This document shows, piece by piece, positions 30,405 through 32,000 of a DNA stretch of 32,000 nt. Source of the stretch: Wallemia ichthyophaga EXF-994 (lineage: Eukaryota; Fungi; Basidiomycota); assembly GCF_000400465.1 (NCBI RefSeq), contig NW_008806281.1:60001-92000 (forward strand), given 5' to 3'. Each line of letters starts with the position of its first letter. The first letter of the stretch is position 1. A program made the translations under genes and the position numbers. Below the pieces are notes generated by a model. The model did not search any database and was not told where the DNA came from. It was given only the letters and a program-made list of their open reading frames with translations.

Positions 30405-32000
30405 ATGAATAATAATGAAATTGGTAGATTGCTTCAACAACAACAACAGCAGCAATTTAATCAATTAAATCCACAACAGAGGCAGCAGGTGGGTTATTTG
30501 TTATATTAATTTAATTGCTCTGATTAGTGGATTTCCTTATAGGCGATGATTGCAACTCAAATGAGTAGAATGCAGCAGCAGCAGCAGCCCCAAGGACAAC
30601 CTCAACAAACACAAAATCATCCTCAGGACCTTAACCAATCACCTTCCCTTGAACAAGCATTTCAATCAAACAACCTCCACTTCCTAATCGACGCTGCAAA
30701 ATTAAATAAATTAAATAACGATAACCTTCAAAGATTACAGAGGCTTATTAGAAATTCTCAACTTGAGCATATTCAACGGGGCGGTGGACAGGGTGCCGGT
30801 GGTGGCCAGCAAGTTAGACAGCAACCACAGCAACAGCCACAACAACAACAACCTCAACAACCCCAGCAACACCCTCAGCAACCACCACAACATCCGCACC
30901 TAGTCCCCTCCCAAATAGCTGCCGCTAAGAACCTCCAACAGAAAATAGAAACCATCGATTTACAATTGAGAAATTCAAATTTATCCCCACAAGACCGAGA
31001 TAACGCTAGAAAGTCTTATGATGAAGCTAAAAATTTACAAGCTTTGTTTATTCAACAGCTTAGGAGTAATCAATCGACTAAACAATCAACCAATATGTTA
31101 CACTCTCAATCTCAGCCACAAGTTACAACCAACTACGATAACAACTGGGCTAATCAACACCAATTTCCCAGTCTCTCAAATAACTTTTCCGGCGATCATC
31201 ACTCAAACATCCTTGGTCTTGGTTTGGTTGGTACTTCAAATCCTCCACAGCAGCAACAACCTCCACAACAACCTCCACAACAACCTACACCCACTCACCA
31301 ACCTCCCACTCAACCCCGCCCAAACCTCTCCATGCTCCCTCAACTTCAACCCGAAAATTTTCTCAAAGCCCTTATCGATCTCATGAAGAAGCGTGGCACT
31401 CCTATTGAAAAACTACCTGAAGTTGATGGTAAAGGTATTGATTTACACAAACTCTACATGACTGTCATCCAATCTGGTGGCAGCTTGGAAGTTCATCGTC
31501 AATCAAAGTGGCCACTAGTTGGTGCAATCATCGGTTTACCAATGTCTAATCAATTCTCAGACTCTAATCCACGTATCTCTAACAACTCCTCCCAAGCTTT
31601 AGCAAACGTTTACAGAGAATACCTCGCTCCATTTGAACAAGTGTGGATGAAAGCTATTCATGATCAAGTCTCACAGAGAAGAGCCGCTGTCATGCATCAA
31701 CAACAATCACAACAACCACAACAATCACCTCTAACTAGACCAATGACTGGTTTCCCTCAACCAATTCCTCAACAATTCCCTCAACAATCTCAACCCCCCC
31801 AACCCCAACCTAATCAACCTCAACCTAATCCACCTCAGCCTAATCAGCCCATCCATCAACAACAACTAATGGCTTCTCTCTCATCAATGTCTGATGATCA
31901 GTTGAGAAATTTAAACTTGACTCCTGAGCAAATTTTTCAGCTTCGCAGAAAGATCCAACAACCACAAATGTCTACCACTGCGCCGTCTTTGGATGCCACC
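30405..32000 (+). CDS. Q/P-rich ARID-domain protein (Swi1/ARID1-like); 3'-partial; exons 30405-30488, 30543 to window end
   Basis: A 54-nt intron (30489-30542, GTGGGT...TAG), then a frame open to the window end. ARID pattern FLKALIDLMKKRGTPIEKLPEVDGKGIDLHKLYMTVIQSGG...KWPLVGAIIG...LANVYREYLAPFE. It is absent from the ORF track, probably because no stop lies in the window. Confidence 0.85.

Overview
Intron-containing, extremely gene-dense eukaryotic DNA with short (43-60 nt) GT-AG introns and intergenic gaps of tens of bp. It looks like a compact fungal genome, probably basidiomycete and possibly Wallemia-like; the taxon is an inference. Housekeeping genes in order: PP2A scaffold subunit (3' part), alpha-arrestin, aldose/glucose-6-phosphate 1-epimerase, Siz/PIAS SUMO E3 ligase, NRDE2-like protein, AKAP7-type 2H phosphoesterase, COQ6, tropomyosin, and the 5' part of a Q-rich ARID protein. 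A more labile island at about 10.7-15.3 kb holds tRNA-Lys(CTT), an orphan Cys/His plus coiled-coil gene, an intron-containing tRNA-Val(AAC), a decayed non-LTR retrotransposon 3' fragment just upstream of that tRNA, and a Myb/Reb1-like pseudogene. Another decayed region lies at about 28.3-30.1 kb. The stand-out is a 10-kb minus-strand gene that three predicted exons join into one ~3315-aa ORF. It encodes an HMT1/ABCB6-type half ABC transporter followed by an 8-Cys cluster, arrays of a His/Asp/Lys-rich 29-aa (87-bp) repeat, and four near-identical, apparently catalytically dead copies of its own nucleotide-binding domain. The second notable signal is a Siz1 SP-RING in which all four expected zinc ligands are replaced. 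All calls were made by eye; no searches were run.
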